This document shows, piece by piece, positions 1 through 10,907 of a stretch of 64,000 bases of DNA. Position numbers and translations under genes: made by a program. Origin of the DNA: Phaeosaccion multiseriatum (Eukaryota > Protista > Ochrophyta, other classes); the NCBI GenBank assembly GCA_965112735.1, contig OZ218956.1, forward strand, positions 3,720,001 through 3,784,000, read 5' to 3'. The notes beneath the pieces are model-generated. The model was not told the DNA's origin and did no database searches. It saw only the letters and a program-made list of their open reading frames with translations. The first letter of the stretch is position 1. Each line of letters begins with the position of its first letter.

Positions 1-992
1 CTTGCCCACTCTGTCGTCGAAGGCTAGCGTCGCCGCCAACTGTTGCTGTTGCGTCGCCGGATGCGAAGACGAGGAGGGCCCCGGTGGCGCTGTGCTGCCT
101 CCTTGGGTTCCTCCTTGGGCTCCTCCTTGGCCTTGGTTTCCAGAGCCTGCATCTGGTGTCATCTTCCTTCTGGTGCTCGTGTTGGTGCTTCCTAAGACGG
201 CTTTGTTGAGCTTGTCGTTGAAGCGGGTCATGCGCATGCGTGCGTTGTAGAGCTTTACGGCCGCGGCGTGGGCTGTTGCTTCGTCTGCGCCGTCCGAGGC
301 GTTCAAGCGGTGCTGCTGCTCCTCCATCCTCCGTCGCATGTTACTATAAGGCGATGACATCACCCTCATCAGCGCTGATTGACCCTTCTCCGCATCACTC
401 GCTGTGAAGTCCGCTGCTACCGCTGATGCCACCCTCCCTCCCTCCTTTCCTCCGTCACTTGTCCTCTTCCTCCCTCGAGCCTTGACCCTTACTCCTGCCA
501 CGAGCTTGGCGGCGGCCTTTGTAACTGCGGTGATCTCCTTGTCGTGCAGGATGTGTTTGGTCGTGAAGCTGCGCGTGGTGTGGTGGTGCGGCATCTCCTT
601 CTTCGCACCCTCGGTACCTCCTCCTGCCTTGCCGCTCTTCCCTTTACCTGCAGTACCTCCTCCTCCTCCTCCTCCTCCACCACCACCACCACTACCTCCT
701 CCTACAGAAACCCCTGCTGCTCCTACTGATGGTGACCCTCCTGCGTGATCCACGTTCCCCTTCCCCCTCCCGTGCCTCACCTCCTCCGACTCCTCCTCGA
801 GGACGTACAGCTTGGCGTTCTTCTCCGCGTGGGACTCGATGGCCGCAGTGGCAACATCCACGAGGCTGTGGCCCCATCGCATTCTCTGCAAGAGGTTCTG
901 CTGCTCACGCACGTGCTTCATGACTTCACTGCGATGCGAACCTCTGATGCTGCGAAACACGGGGGACGGCTTCTTCGTCCCTTTCATCACGA

Positions 993-1028
<36 letters not shown>

Positions 1029-1149
1029 GATGGTGACGACTGGCCCCGCTCCCTTCTTCAGATTCATGGGTGGACTTGGCACCGCTAGCAGTACTGTTAC
1101 TCGCGGGGCCTTCGTGCCCCCTCGCGTTTGGTGCAGACTCTGGAGACAT
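1..1149 (-). CDS. Hypothetical protein, 5' part (runs off the window start)
   Basis: Manual translation: ATG at 1149 (MSPESAPNARGHEGP...) is open for 383 codons to position 1 with no stop, so it is absent from the ORF track. Low complexity (poly-Q, poly-G) with helical stretches such as AVKLYNARMRMTRFNDKLNKAVL. Confidence 0.55.
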
Positions 1150-1413
1150 TGGCGATTTGTTGCAACAGGCCTTCCCTTCGGTATGGAGAGAAATGTGTCT
1201 ACCACGGCATGCTACTGGAGGGAAATCCGTCTACCACGCCACGCTACAGAAGCCCATCCTCCTGTGCCCGGCTGTCCTATGTTGCTCTAAATTATGTTCT
1301 CAAAATCCCGTTACAGAAAAAATGCGGAAAATTTGCGCTTCAGCTCTCTACGAAGAAAAACGCTGCGGCGGTACTGTAGCTTTAAAAATAGCTCAATAGC
1401 GCATCAGGGGTCA

Positions 1414-1503
1414 ATTTGGAGCCCATATACTCTGTGCCACCGTCGATGCACCTTAGACATTTGGAGCCCATATACTCTGTGCCACCGTCGATGCACCTTA
1501 GAC
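1414..1503. repeat. Perfect 45-bp tandem duplication
   Basis: ATTTGGAGCCCATATACTCTGTGCCACCGTCGATGCACCTTAGAC occurs twice back to back (1414-1458, 1459-1503). Confidence 0.9.
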
Positions 1504-1769
1504 AGCGGGAGGATGCCGATCAAGCCCATACACCTCTATGCCGATACACCTTCAGATCCCTGTCGGCGAGAAGGGAAAGGGAGGGCAACCTCCCATCCCA
1601 TGTGTGTCCCCTCTGTCCGCCTTCGGAGCACTACAGCCCGCCACTCACCGCAGACCACAGACCAAAGGTCACCAGACCACCAGGCCAGACAGGCCCAGGC
1701 CAGACAGGCAGTCGACGGCACTCCAGGTGGGGCCGACCCCCCCCGCAGTACAGGCAGTACCGACGACAC

Positions 1770-3220
1770 TCAGCGTGTCAAGGCGCAGGGTTCGTTCATC
1801 TTCATGAAGCTGACGTAGCGGCTGAAGCTTCCGTAGCCAGGCTCCGTGCCCCTCACCCGATTGAAGAACTTGGCAGCGGCCTTGCGATGCACTTCCGCCG
1901 AGCGAGCGTCGCCATCATCACCATCACCACCACCATCGCCATCCTGCTGCTGCCTCTGCTCAGCTTGAATACCCTGCCGCTCACTAGGCTGCCATCCCCT
2001 GCTCGTCCCTGAGTTAATGGAGGTGGAGCTCGTTGACTTACTGCTAGGGGCTCCTCCTCCTCCTGCTGACTTACTGCTGCGATGGCCGTGCCGGTGTCTC
2101 AGGAAATGGGCTCGCTGCTCTGCACGGCAGGTGGTCAGGCTCGCGCGGAACGGGTCTGAGATGGGGGTATATGGTGTGTGTGTGGGGTATGCACGATCAG
2201 ACGTAGGGTACGATGAGGCGGGGTCAGAATGCTGGGTTGCGAAAGGGAGAGAGAGAGACAGAAAGAGAGAGAGAGAGAGAGGAGAGAGAGGGTCTGGTCT
2301 CCCACTGCATCACGCAAAGAAACCAGCAAACTAACTTTTCCCCTCGGCCCCACCGCCCTTACCCCCTCGGGTGTATGTTGTAAGTCAATGAACCATGGAC
2401 TGCCCTATGCATACACACATACACACACATACCACACACACACATACATACATACATACATACATACATACATACATACATACATACATACATACATACA
2501 TACATACATACATACATACATACATACATACATACATACATACATACATACATACATACATACATACATACATACATACAGACAGACATACATACATACA
2601 TACATACAGACAGACAGGCATACATACATACATACATACATACATATACATACATACATACATACATACATACATACATACATACATACATACATACATA
2701 CATACATACATACATACATACATACATACATACATACATACATACATACATACATACATACATACATACATACATACATACATACATACATACATACATA
2801 CATACATACATACATACATACATACTCCTGCCCCACTGCCGGGCCTCACCTGTCTCCGCTGGGTCCGGTCTGTTGGCCACCTCGCCCTTGTTATACCTGA
2901 AGCGCGCGTACTGCTCCGTGGGGACGGTGGCCTCCCCCCTGTGGCGGTGTAGAGTGGACGTCATGTTGATGCTGCCCGTGCCGCAGTGAAGCTTCAGCTC
3001 CTTGTCCAGCAGTTGCCGCTTCACCGCCTCGAAAGAGTCCTGGTGGGTGGGTGGGTGGGGGGGAGGGAGGGAGAGAGGGTGACGCTCCCTCCGGTTGCAT
3101 CCTACTAGCTAGTACCTAGTACTAATTAACTACCTAACCCCACTGGGGCAGTGGGCAGCGATTGACACACAGCGCAAGTAGCCTCTTGTTCCTCTGTCGG
3201 ACGCCCCGTCCTTTCAAAAA

Positions 3221-3270
<50 letters not shown>

Positions 3271-4447
3271 TTTGGTCCAAAATCGCGTAGATTCGGTTGT
3301 GGTCCATCCCCGGCCCTCCCCACTGCGGGTCGAAGGCCGCCATGCAGTCTCTGTTCCTCTCAATGAACGACTTGATGAACTCGCCCTTCTGGCCCTCGGC
3401 GAGCGGCCAGAAGGGGTTGGGAGGCGAGGAGGCTGTCGCACCGCCGCCGCCGCTGCCGCTGCTGCTGCTGCTGGTGCGGCTGCCGCTGCTGCGAGAGGAA
3501 GAGCCTCCATCTTCAAGTCCAAAGAAAGTTCCGCTACCGCTCCGACTACTTGTCCTGCTACTGCCCCCGCCGCCTCCTCCTTCCCTCCCACCACTGGTCA
3601 TGCCCACGCTCGAACGACTGCTTCGGTCCCCAGCATGAGCGGTAGCGGGACGGGCGCGGCCTCTACCCTCGTGTCTTATGCATCTCGTTACACTTCCCCC
3701 GTTGTTCGATGTAGCTACACTCCCCCTCTTGTTCATGGCCGCTTGCCTCGGCTGCTCGGTGACCGCCTCGTTTCTCTTGCCCCCTCCGGTTCTTCTTCTC
3801 CTTCTCCTCCTCTCCCCTCCCTCCCCTCCTTCTACAGCCGCCTCTGGAGGTGGAAGAGCACCGCTACTTGTACCAGTTTGCACAAATAGTCTCTCCCGAA
3901 TCATGCTGTCTCGCCCCTTCGACGCCTCCGCCCCCGCGCGAGCGGAAAACATATCGAAGCGCTCCTCTCCTCCCCCCCATGCTGGGCGTGGCGTAGACCC
4001 CTCCTGCTGCCCCTTCTCGAGCGCCCCTCCTGACGCCGCTGATGCCGAGAAAGGCCTGTCGATGCCAACCTCCCCCCCACGCTGGCTGGCCCTTGCGCTT
4101 GCACGAGAGCCGCCGTCCTGCTGTCCATGTGCTTTGGCATGGCTCTGTGGGCGACTCATGGTCTTGCCGAAGAGCGGCTTGGGGGGCTCCATGGCTTCCT
4201 TCGGCATGTTCGTTAGTCCACTGCCCGGAGCCTTGCGAAACCTCGCTCTGTGTGCCGATCGGGCCGAATCCGAGGGAGTGAAGAGCTGCGCACGCCGCAC
4301 TGATATGGTCGGGCAAGTTTCTCCTGCTGTGGGGAAGGGCCCCAATTGGTTGAGGGTGGTGCTCACATGGTTAAGTATCTCTCCCCCTCCAGACACGACC
4401 AGGTCATCCCGCACTACCGACGCTGGGAGGGGGCGGGAGGCCGCCAT
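1770..4447 (-). CDS. Uncharacterised protein, 3 exons (4447-3269, 3039-2850, 2155-1770); paralogue of 4788-5738
   Basis: GT-AG junctions keep the frame and produce motifs collinear with the neighbouring + strand ORF: PPNPFWPL..EFIKSFIERN, FEAVKRQLLD, SINMTSTL, RPDPAETDPF, RGTEPGYGSFSRYVSF. The start codon is uncertain. Confidence 0.75.
2442..2825. repeat. (TACA)n microsatellite inside an intron
   Basis: Long CATA/TACA array with a few CAGA interruptions. Confidence 0.95.
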
Positions 4448-4787
4448 TGTTGCTCTTGTGTTTGCTTTGTCTCGCTGTTCTGCAGCTTGCTCTGCTGCTG
4501 CATTCGTGTCAAGCTAGGCCTCCACGGTGTCGATGAAGGATTCTCTCAGGGGTTGATGTCTCCATTACTTGTCATGATGCGTGTTGATGTCTTCAATACG
4601 CTCCATACGCTTCAATACGCTTTTTTCCTTTCTCACCACGAATTGCTGCTTTGTCTGCTCAAATCGCGAAACGCCAGGAATACGGGCATTGGTTAGAAAA
4701 AAAAGACCCATTTCTCTCTTTATTATTCATCCCTCCTCTCCTCTTCCTCTTACCTACCTACCCTATCCACCCTCTTCTTAGAGGACT

Positions 4788-5738
4788 ATGCATGGGGATC
4801 GGCGCAGGCGAAGAGGAGATGGGACGGCCAGACAAGACTTGCGGAGAGGCGGTGCAACCCGGGCTTCCATAGCCTCGGCACCGCAACACGACTCAAGCCG
4901 CAAAAGCAGCAGCAGAAGCTGGACGAGCGAAGATAGCCGCACCTACCGATCATCGCGCTGCAGCAGCTCCCCCGCTTCGGTCAGCAGCAGCCGTAATGGT
5001 GGAGAGGAGAGCGCCAGGAATGAACTGCCTCCCAATGAGTACTGGCCACTACAAGGGGGTGCGGGAAGCAGAGAGGCGTTCTTGAAGGCCTTCATCGAGA
5101 GAAACCAGGAGTGGCTGCACCTCTACGACTGCAACCTCCTCGGTCTCAACGCCCAGCAAGCCCTGGCCTACCTCACGGACATGGGGGAGTTCGAGTGCAC
5201 AAAGCGGCACCTCCTGGACAGACAAGCCGACTTTGAGCGGGGCAATGGGAGCCTCAGTATGACTTCCACCCTCGGTAAAGACCGCGGCATGCAGCACAAC
5301 CACCCTTCGGAGGAGTATCAACGCTTTCACAAGGCCCGAGTGGCAAGGGGAGGAGTCTCCGCCCGGCCCAGCCCCTGCGATACGGACCCCTTCCTTCGCG
5401 CTTTCGAGTCCGCGCCTTGTCGATCGTCTTCGTTGCCTTCTTTCTCCTCCCCCCAGACGCCTTTGCGCTCAGGCCAGGTTGGCAGTGCCCGGCAGGGGCG
5501 GAGCGATGGTCACGATGTTTTCTCAGCTGCGAGGTCGATACAGAGAGACAGCAGCAGCACCAACCTAGAGAAGAAGGGGGAGAGGCAGCGGCAGTGGATC
5601 ACCCCAGCAGAGAAGTACTTGGCCTTCGCTGATAAAAAGTCCTTCAACATGCGACGGGGTTGGGAGCCGGACTACGGCGGCTTCAGTCGGTATGTGGCCT
5701 TTCAGCAGGGCATGAAGAACTTGGCGCTGCCGCGGTGA
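4788..5738 (+). CDS. Uncharacterised intronless protein (316 aa), paralogue of 1770-4447
   Basis: Single ORF with PPNEYWPL..EAFLKAFIERN, FECTKRHLLD, SLSMTSTL, RPSPCDTDPF and RGWEPDYGGFSRYVAF matching the divergent gene. Confidence 0.75.
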   Translation: MHGDRRRRRGDGTARQDLRRGGATRASIASAPQHDSSRKSSSRSWTSEDSRTYRSSRCSSSPASVSSSRNGGEESARNELPPNEYWPLQGGAGSREAFLKAFIERNQEWLHLYDCNLLGLNAQQALAYLTDMGEFECTKRHLLDRQADFERGNGSLSMTSTLGKDRGMQHNHPSEEYQRFHKARVARGGVSARPSPCDTDPFLRAFESAPCRSSSLPSFSSPQTPLRSGQVGSARQGRSDGHDVFSAARSIQRDSSSTNLEKKGERQRQWITPAEKYLAFADKKSFNMRRGWEPDYGGFSRYVAFQQGMKNLALPR

Positions 5739-5931
5739 GGAAGGCGTCAAGGCGGGACGGCAAAGGGGGGGTGGGATGAGTAGTCTGAATGACGGGGGAG
5801 AAAGGAGAAGACTGAGACGAACAGTCGGACTGGGGCCGGGAGGAGAGAGGAGAGAGGTTCCGAGCTGGTACTTGAGACAACAAGTCTGAGGCTGAGGTGC
5901 CGTCTGTCAGGCGGTGATAAGCGAATAAGAC

Positions 5932-5997
5932 GCCTGTCTGTGGCCTGTCTGTGGCCTGTCTGTGGCCTGTCTGTGGCCTGTCTGTGGCCTGTCTGTG
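5932..5997. repeat. 11-bp tandem repeat (GCCTGTCTGTG)x6
   Basis: Read directly from the sequence, downstream of the 4788-5738 ORF. Confidence 0.9.
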
Positions 5998-6373
5998 CGC
6001 CCCTTCCTCACGTATGGGAAGCGACCTTGGAGGGGGGGAAGAGTACTTAGTACCCGGGGGGGGTAGGGATGGAGGAGGAGGTAGTAGAGCTGAGGCCAGA
6101 CTGACACATACACACACACATACACGCAGGAGAGAGCCCTACTGCTCTACTCCAGTGAATCACGCATTAGTGCCGTTTTGTGTCGATTCGGCAGAAGGAG
6201 AAGGAGAAGGGCACGGGTTCATTGTTTTACGTCCTTATGTAAAATCCACTGCGAAGACCTGGCCTCACCGAAGAGGGGAGCACTCCAAGAGCAGCCACAG
6301 CCAGGACCATGCCGCTGTTGAATGATGTAACTGCTACTGCTGCTGCTCTGCTGCTACTGCTGCCCCGCTCTTG

Positions 6374-6408
<35 letters not shown>

Positions 6409-6796
6409 ACGCGCTCACCAGTCGAGGGGGAGAGGTGCGAGGGTCCCTCCCCCACGGAAGCTTCACGAGAAGCAGTACGCTCCGAACGCTGGGTCGCTAG
6501 CCCGTGTAGGGTAGCTAGCTAGCAGCTATATATATACATATATATATAGACCAGTGACTGGAGCAGTGACTGGTGTCCACTGTAAGCACGGTACCCACTC
6601 TCTGTGTCCCTCTCTGAGATCATCGGAGGGGTGCCGCCTGAGCTTCGACGCAGCTTTGTTGTCGCTCCCTTGTAGTTTGTTGTGTGGGACCCTCCTGCCA
6701 GCCGTGCCGTGCACGCACATATCCCCTCCCTCTCCTGTCCCGCGCTTCGCTTAGTGGGCCGCTTCGCTGCCTCCTCCTCTCTCGCCAGAAAGCCTT

Positions 6797-6977
6797 CTCC
6801 TCCTCCTCCTCCTCCTCCTCCTCCTCCTCCTCCTCCTCCTCCTCCTCCTCCTCCTCCTCCTCCTCCTCCTCCTCCTCCTCCTCCTCCTCCTCCTCCTCCT
6901 CCTCCTCCTCCTCCTCCTCCTCCTCCTCCTCCTCCTCCTCCTCCTCCTCCTCCTCCTCCTCCTCCTCCTCCTCCTCC
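6797..6977. repeat. (CCT)n trinucleotide tract
   Basis: About 60 uninterrupted CCT units, just 3' of the histidine kinase stop codon. Confidence 0.95.
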
Positions 6978-7070
6978 TTCCCTGCTCATCTCGTGATGCC
7001 CCTCTCTTCTGGCCAATGCCTTCCAGTTGGCTCATGCCCTTCCGGCTGGTGCCCTTCTGGCTCACGCCCT

Positions 7071-7552
7071 TCAGCCCCCCTTGTGGTTGTGGCTGGGTTG
7101 ATTGGCTTTGTTGGACCCCTTGCGGTTGGGCTTGTTGGGCCCCTTGTGGCTGGGCTGATTGGGCTGACTGCTCTGCTGCTTGGGATTGGGGGGCGTGCCG
7201 TCCCCTCCTCGCTTGAGGTCAACGAGATCCACGAGCTGCTTGAAAGAGATGGGCTTCGACGCGAATCCGTCCATGCCAACCTGTGAGTGAGTGAGGAAGT
7301 GAGTGAGTGGGTGGGTGAGTGAGTGAGTGAGTTAGTGATTGAGTGAGTGATTGAGTGAGAGAGTGTGAGTGAGTGAGTGAGTGAGTGAGTGAGTGAGTGA
7401 GTGAGTGAGTGAGTGAGTGAGTGAGTGAGTGGGTGAGTGAGTGAGTGGGTGAGTGAGTGAGCAGGTGGGTGGGTGGGTGGCAAGCACGGAAATGAGGCAA
7501 AAGGAGAAGAGCAGCAAAAGCGGGCCCAAGAACTCATATCCACACTCTCATA

Positions 7553-7584
<32 letters not shown>

Positions 7585-7668
7585 AACACACACACAAACA
7601 CACAAACACACATACACACGCACACACACACATACACACACACACGCACACATACACACACACACACA

Positions 7669-7731
<63 letters not shown>

Positions 7732-10700
7732 ACCTTCCTCGCGAGAGTGTGGTCCCTCTCCGTACTGTTGGCACTGACCGCAAACACCTTCTGCCTGAAG
7801 GGCCGGCTTGACGTCTCCTCCCACTGCCTGAAGCGCCGCACCATCTCATAACCGTCCATGACCGGCATGTTGATGTCTGTAAACACAGCGTCATAGAGCC
7901 TGTCGCGGAGGAGATTCTGCCCGTCCCTGCCGTTACGAGCCGTGTACACCTTAAAGCCGTGCATCTCGAAGGTCCTCTTCTCGAACTTCAACACCGACTC
8001 CTGGTCCTCCACCAGCAGCACCCGTCGGAGGTGTCTGCTGAGGGTTTGGTTCTCGTCCTCCTCCTCGTCCTCTTCGTCCACTTCGTCCTCCTCACCATTA
8101 TCCTCGTCTGTTGCGACACCGGCGTTGGCCTCCCCCTTCCCCTCCTCCTTCCCCCTCTGCCCCTCCACCCCCTCCCCCTCCTTCCCCTCCTCCTGCTTCC
8201 TCAGCCCCTCCTGCTCCTTCCCCTCCTCATACTTCTTCTCTTCCTCCCCATCCTCTTCCTCCTCGTCTTCCTCCTTTATAATGAAGTCCGCCGTTCCCCC
8301 TCTCTCCTTCGCTCCAAGAGAGGACACACGGCCCTCGCTCACACTCCTCGACAACATGACTGGCGGCTTCTCAGCAAGCTCCTCTGCATCTTCCACCCCC
8401 CTCCCCCCCCCTCCCTCCCCTTGTGATCGTGAAGCCAATCCCCTCCTACTCCCGCTACCGATACCGTTGCTGCCGCTTTCATCCCGACTTCCTCCCTGCC
8501 CATCGCCGTCCCCCTCCACAGCCCCTCCCGCCTCCCCCAACTCCTGTAACCGCCGCCCCTCCCCCGCTACGTCATCACCTACTCCCCCCTGCTCTCCTTC
8601 TACTCCTGCTCCTCCGTGCCCACGGGATGATGGCGCGCTCCCTCTCCTCCCTCCTCCCCTGCCCGCAGCTCCTCCTCCCCCTCCCCCTCCTCCCCCTCCT
8701 CCTCCTCCTCCTACTCCCTCTCCCTTCCGCAAGTTCGTACTGCCGCTCCTCGAGCCCACCTTGCCCCCCCCTCCCGACCGCCTGGACCCGCCCGTTCTCC
8801 TCGGCCGATGCGCCGCCTCGGCAGTTTCGGCAGCAGCAGCAGCATCAGCATCAGCCGCCGCCGCTGCCTCCGCTGCCTCCGTCTTCTTGGACGCCTCCAT
8901 CCTCGCTTTCTCCGCCGCTAACTGCTCTCTGTACTCTTGAAGCATCTCCTCCACCTCCTCCAAGCGAGGGTGTCGCGCGTCCACCCAAACTGCGTCAGCA
9001 CCGGAGTTGATTGCCATGTTGAGGTCGGCTTCCATGGTCTGCCCTGTGAACATCACACACACGAACTGACGCTCCACGCCCTCACGCTGACCCGCGGTCG
9101 AGGACTCCCAGTCGCGGAACTGCTGCACCACCTGTGTGTGTTGTGCATACGGCGCGGGGTTCACAGTTGGCGGGTTTTAGAACGAGATGTAGGTTTGAGA
9201 TGATGGTAGGGGGCGACAGAGGCTGAGACTTAGTGAGATGACTGACTGACTGACTGACTAACTGACTGACTGACAGACAGAGGCTCAGACTGAGTGACAT
9301 GACTGACTGACTGACTGACTGCTGACTGACTGACTGACTGACTGACTGACTGACTGACTGACTAACTAACTGACTGACAGACAGAGGCTCAGACTGAGTG
9401 ACATGACTGACTGACTGACTGACTGCTGACTGACTGACTGACTGACTGCTGATTGACTGACTGACTGACTGACTGACTGACTGAATGACTGACTGACTGA
9501 CTGACTGACTGACTCACTGACTGACTGACTGACAGAAGCTCAGACTGAGTGACGTGACTGACAGACTGACTGACTGCCAATGCACGCCTTTGTGTAAGTA
9601 CCGCCAATCTGCTATCTCTGCCTGCCAACCATCAGCTGCCATCCGTCCTTGCCTCCCCTCCCCTCCCCTCCCCTCCCCTCCCAATCTTACCCTTACGCAG
9701 CTCACGATGGAGAGATTGCTGCTCAGCAGCACGGCCCGGTAAGGGGCCGCCTGCCCTTTCATGGCGGCAAGGCCTTGCAGACCGTTATACGCCATGGCCA
9801 CGCGGGAGTGGCCGCCCAACCGCTGAGGATGGCAGCGCAGGGGGGGGGGGTGGGGAGGGGAGGAAATGAAGAGAGTGGCGCAGTGGTTCGTTGGTCAAAG
9901 GGCAAGGAGAAGGAGAAGGAGCTGCATTAGACCTCTTTCAGTCTTTCAGGCAAATCGTACCCCACACCCACCCCACCCTCACTCGCACCCTCATCCTCAC
10001 CCCACCATCCGCTGCCATCCCCAGCCCCGCCCACCTTGTAGGCTTCCTCCTTGGCTCCTTCCCTCCCATCCACCACTAGCACCACCCTCCTATGCTGTGA
10101 CGACAAGTACGCATCGCTGTTGTAGTTGGTGAAGTTGCCCCTGCTTCTGTCCATCCCTTGGCCAGCGGCTGCAAGCATCTGGTCCATCCCGCTCAAGGCC
10201 CCCCCGGGGAAGCTCGGGCCGTGTCCTGACACCTGCAAGTCCATTGCCTCCATGGCACTCTCCAGTACCTGTGGGGCAGTTGGTAATACATCAGTGGGCA
10301 GGTTGCAGGTTGCACAGGTCCATGTCGACGTCACATTCCATACTTGTCCACCTCTACATGCCCAATCTAGAGACCCATATCAGGTGTCGAGTGTCTCTAC
10401 ATCGCAAGATACTTTATGAACGCTCCCCTTGACCCTCACCTGGTCAGGCTGGTAAGGGATGTCGAAGTAAAACACGGCGCCTCCCCCCCGATTGTCGTGC
10501 ACTCCGACCGCCCCCTTCAGAGCCTCGATCTTCTGCTCGGGTCGGCGTGGGTGCGTGCGTGCGTGCGTGCGTGGGTGGGTGGGTGTGGGGTTGCGTACGT
10601 GCGTGGGTGCGTGCGTGGGTGGGTCAGTAGACATATAGTAGACATGTACAGACAACACCCTCCCTTCCTCCCTTCCCTCCCTCCTCCCTTCCTCCCTCCA

Positions 10701-10876
10701 ACCCCCCCACCCTCCACACGCACACACACACATACACACAAACACGCGCGCACACACACACACACACACACGCACACACACACACACACACACACGCACA
10801 CACATACACCCATACACGCGCGCGCACACACACACACACGCTCACACACACACGCACACACACACACACACACACG

Positions 10877-10907
<31 letters not shown>

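Noticed and set aside
1414-1503. Direct repeat as a possible CRISPR array
   Set aside because: Two abutting copies with no spacer, in eukaryotic DNA with no cas genes.
2300-2404. Possible extra exon in the paralogue gene (AVHGSLTYNIHPRG)
   Set aside because: Its phase is incompatible with the last exon; direct 2850-to-2155 splicing restores the TDPF motif shared with the paralogue.
2229-3024. ORFs encoding (HTYI)n and (MYVC)n
   Set aside because: Translations of an intronic TACA microsatellite; only 3039-2850 is exon.
6519-7286. Poly-Gly, Pro, Ser and Arg ORFs over the CCT tract
   Set aside because: All frames are open simply because of the trinucleotide repeat; it lies just past the kinase stop and has no domain content.
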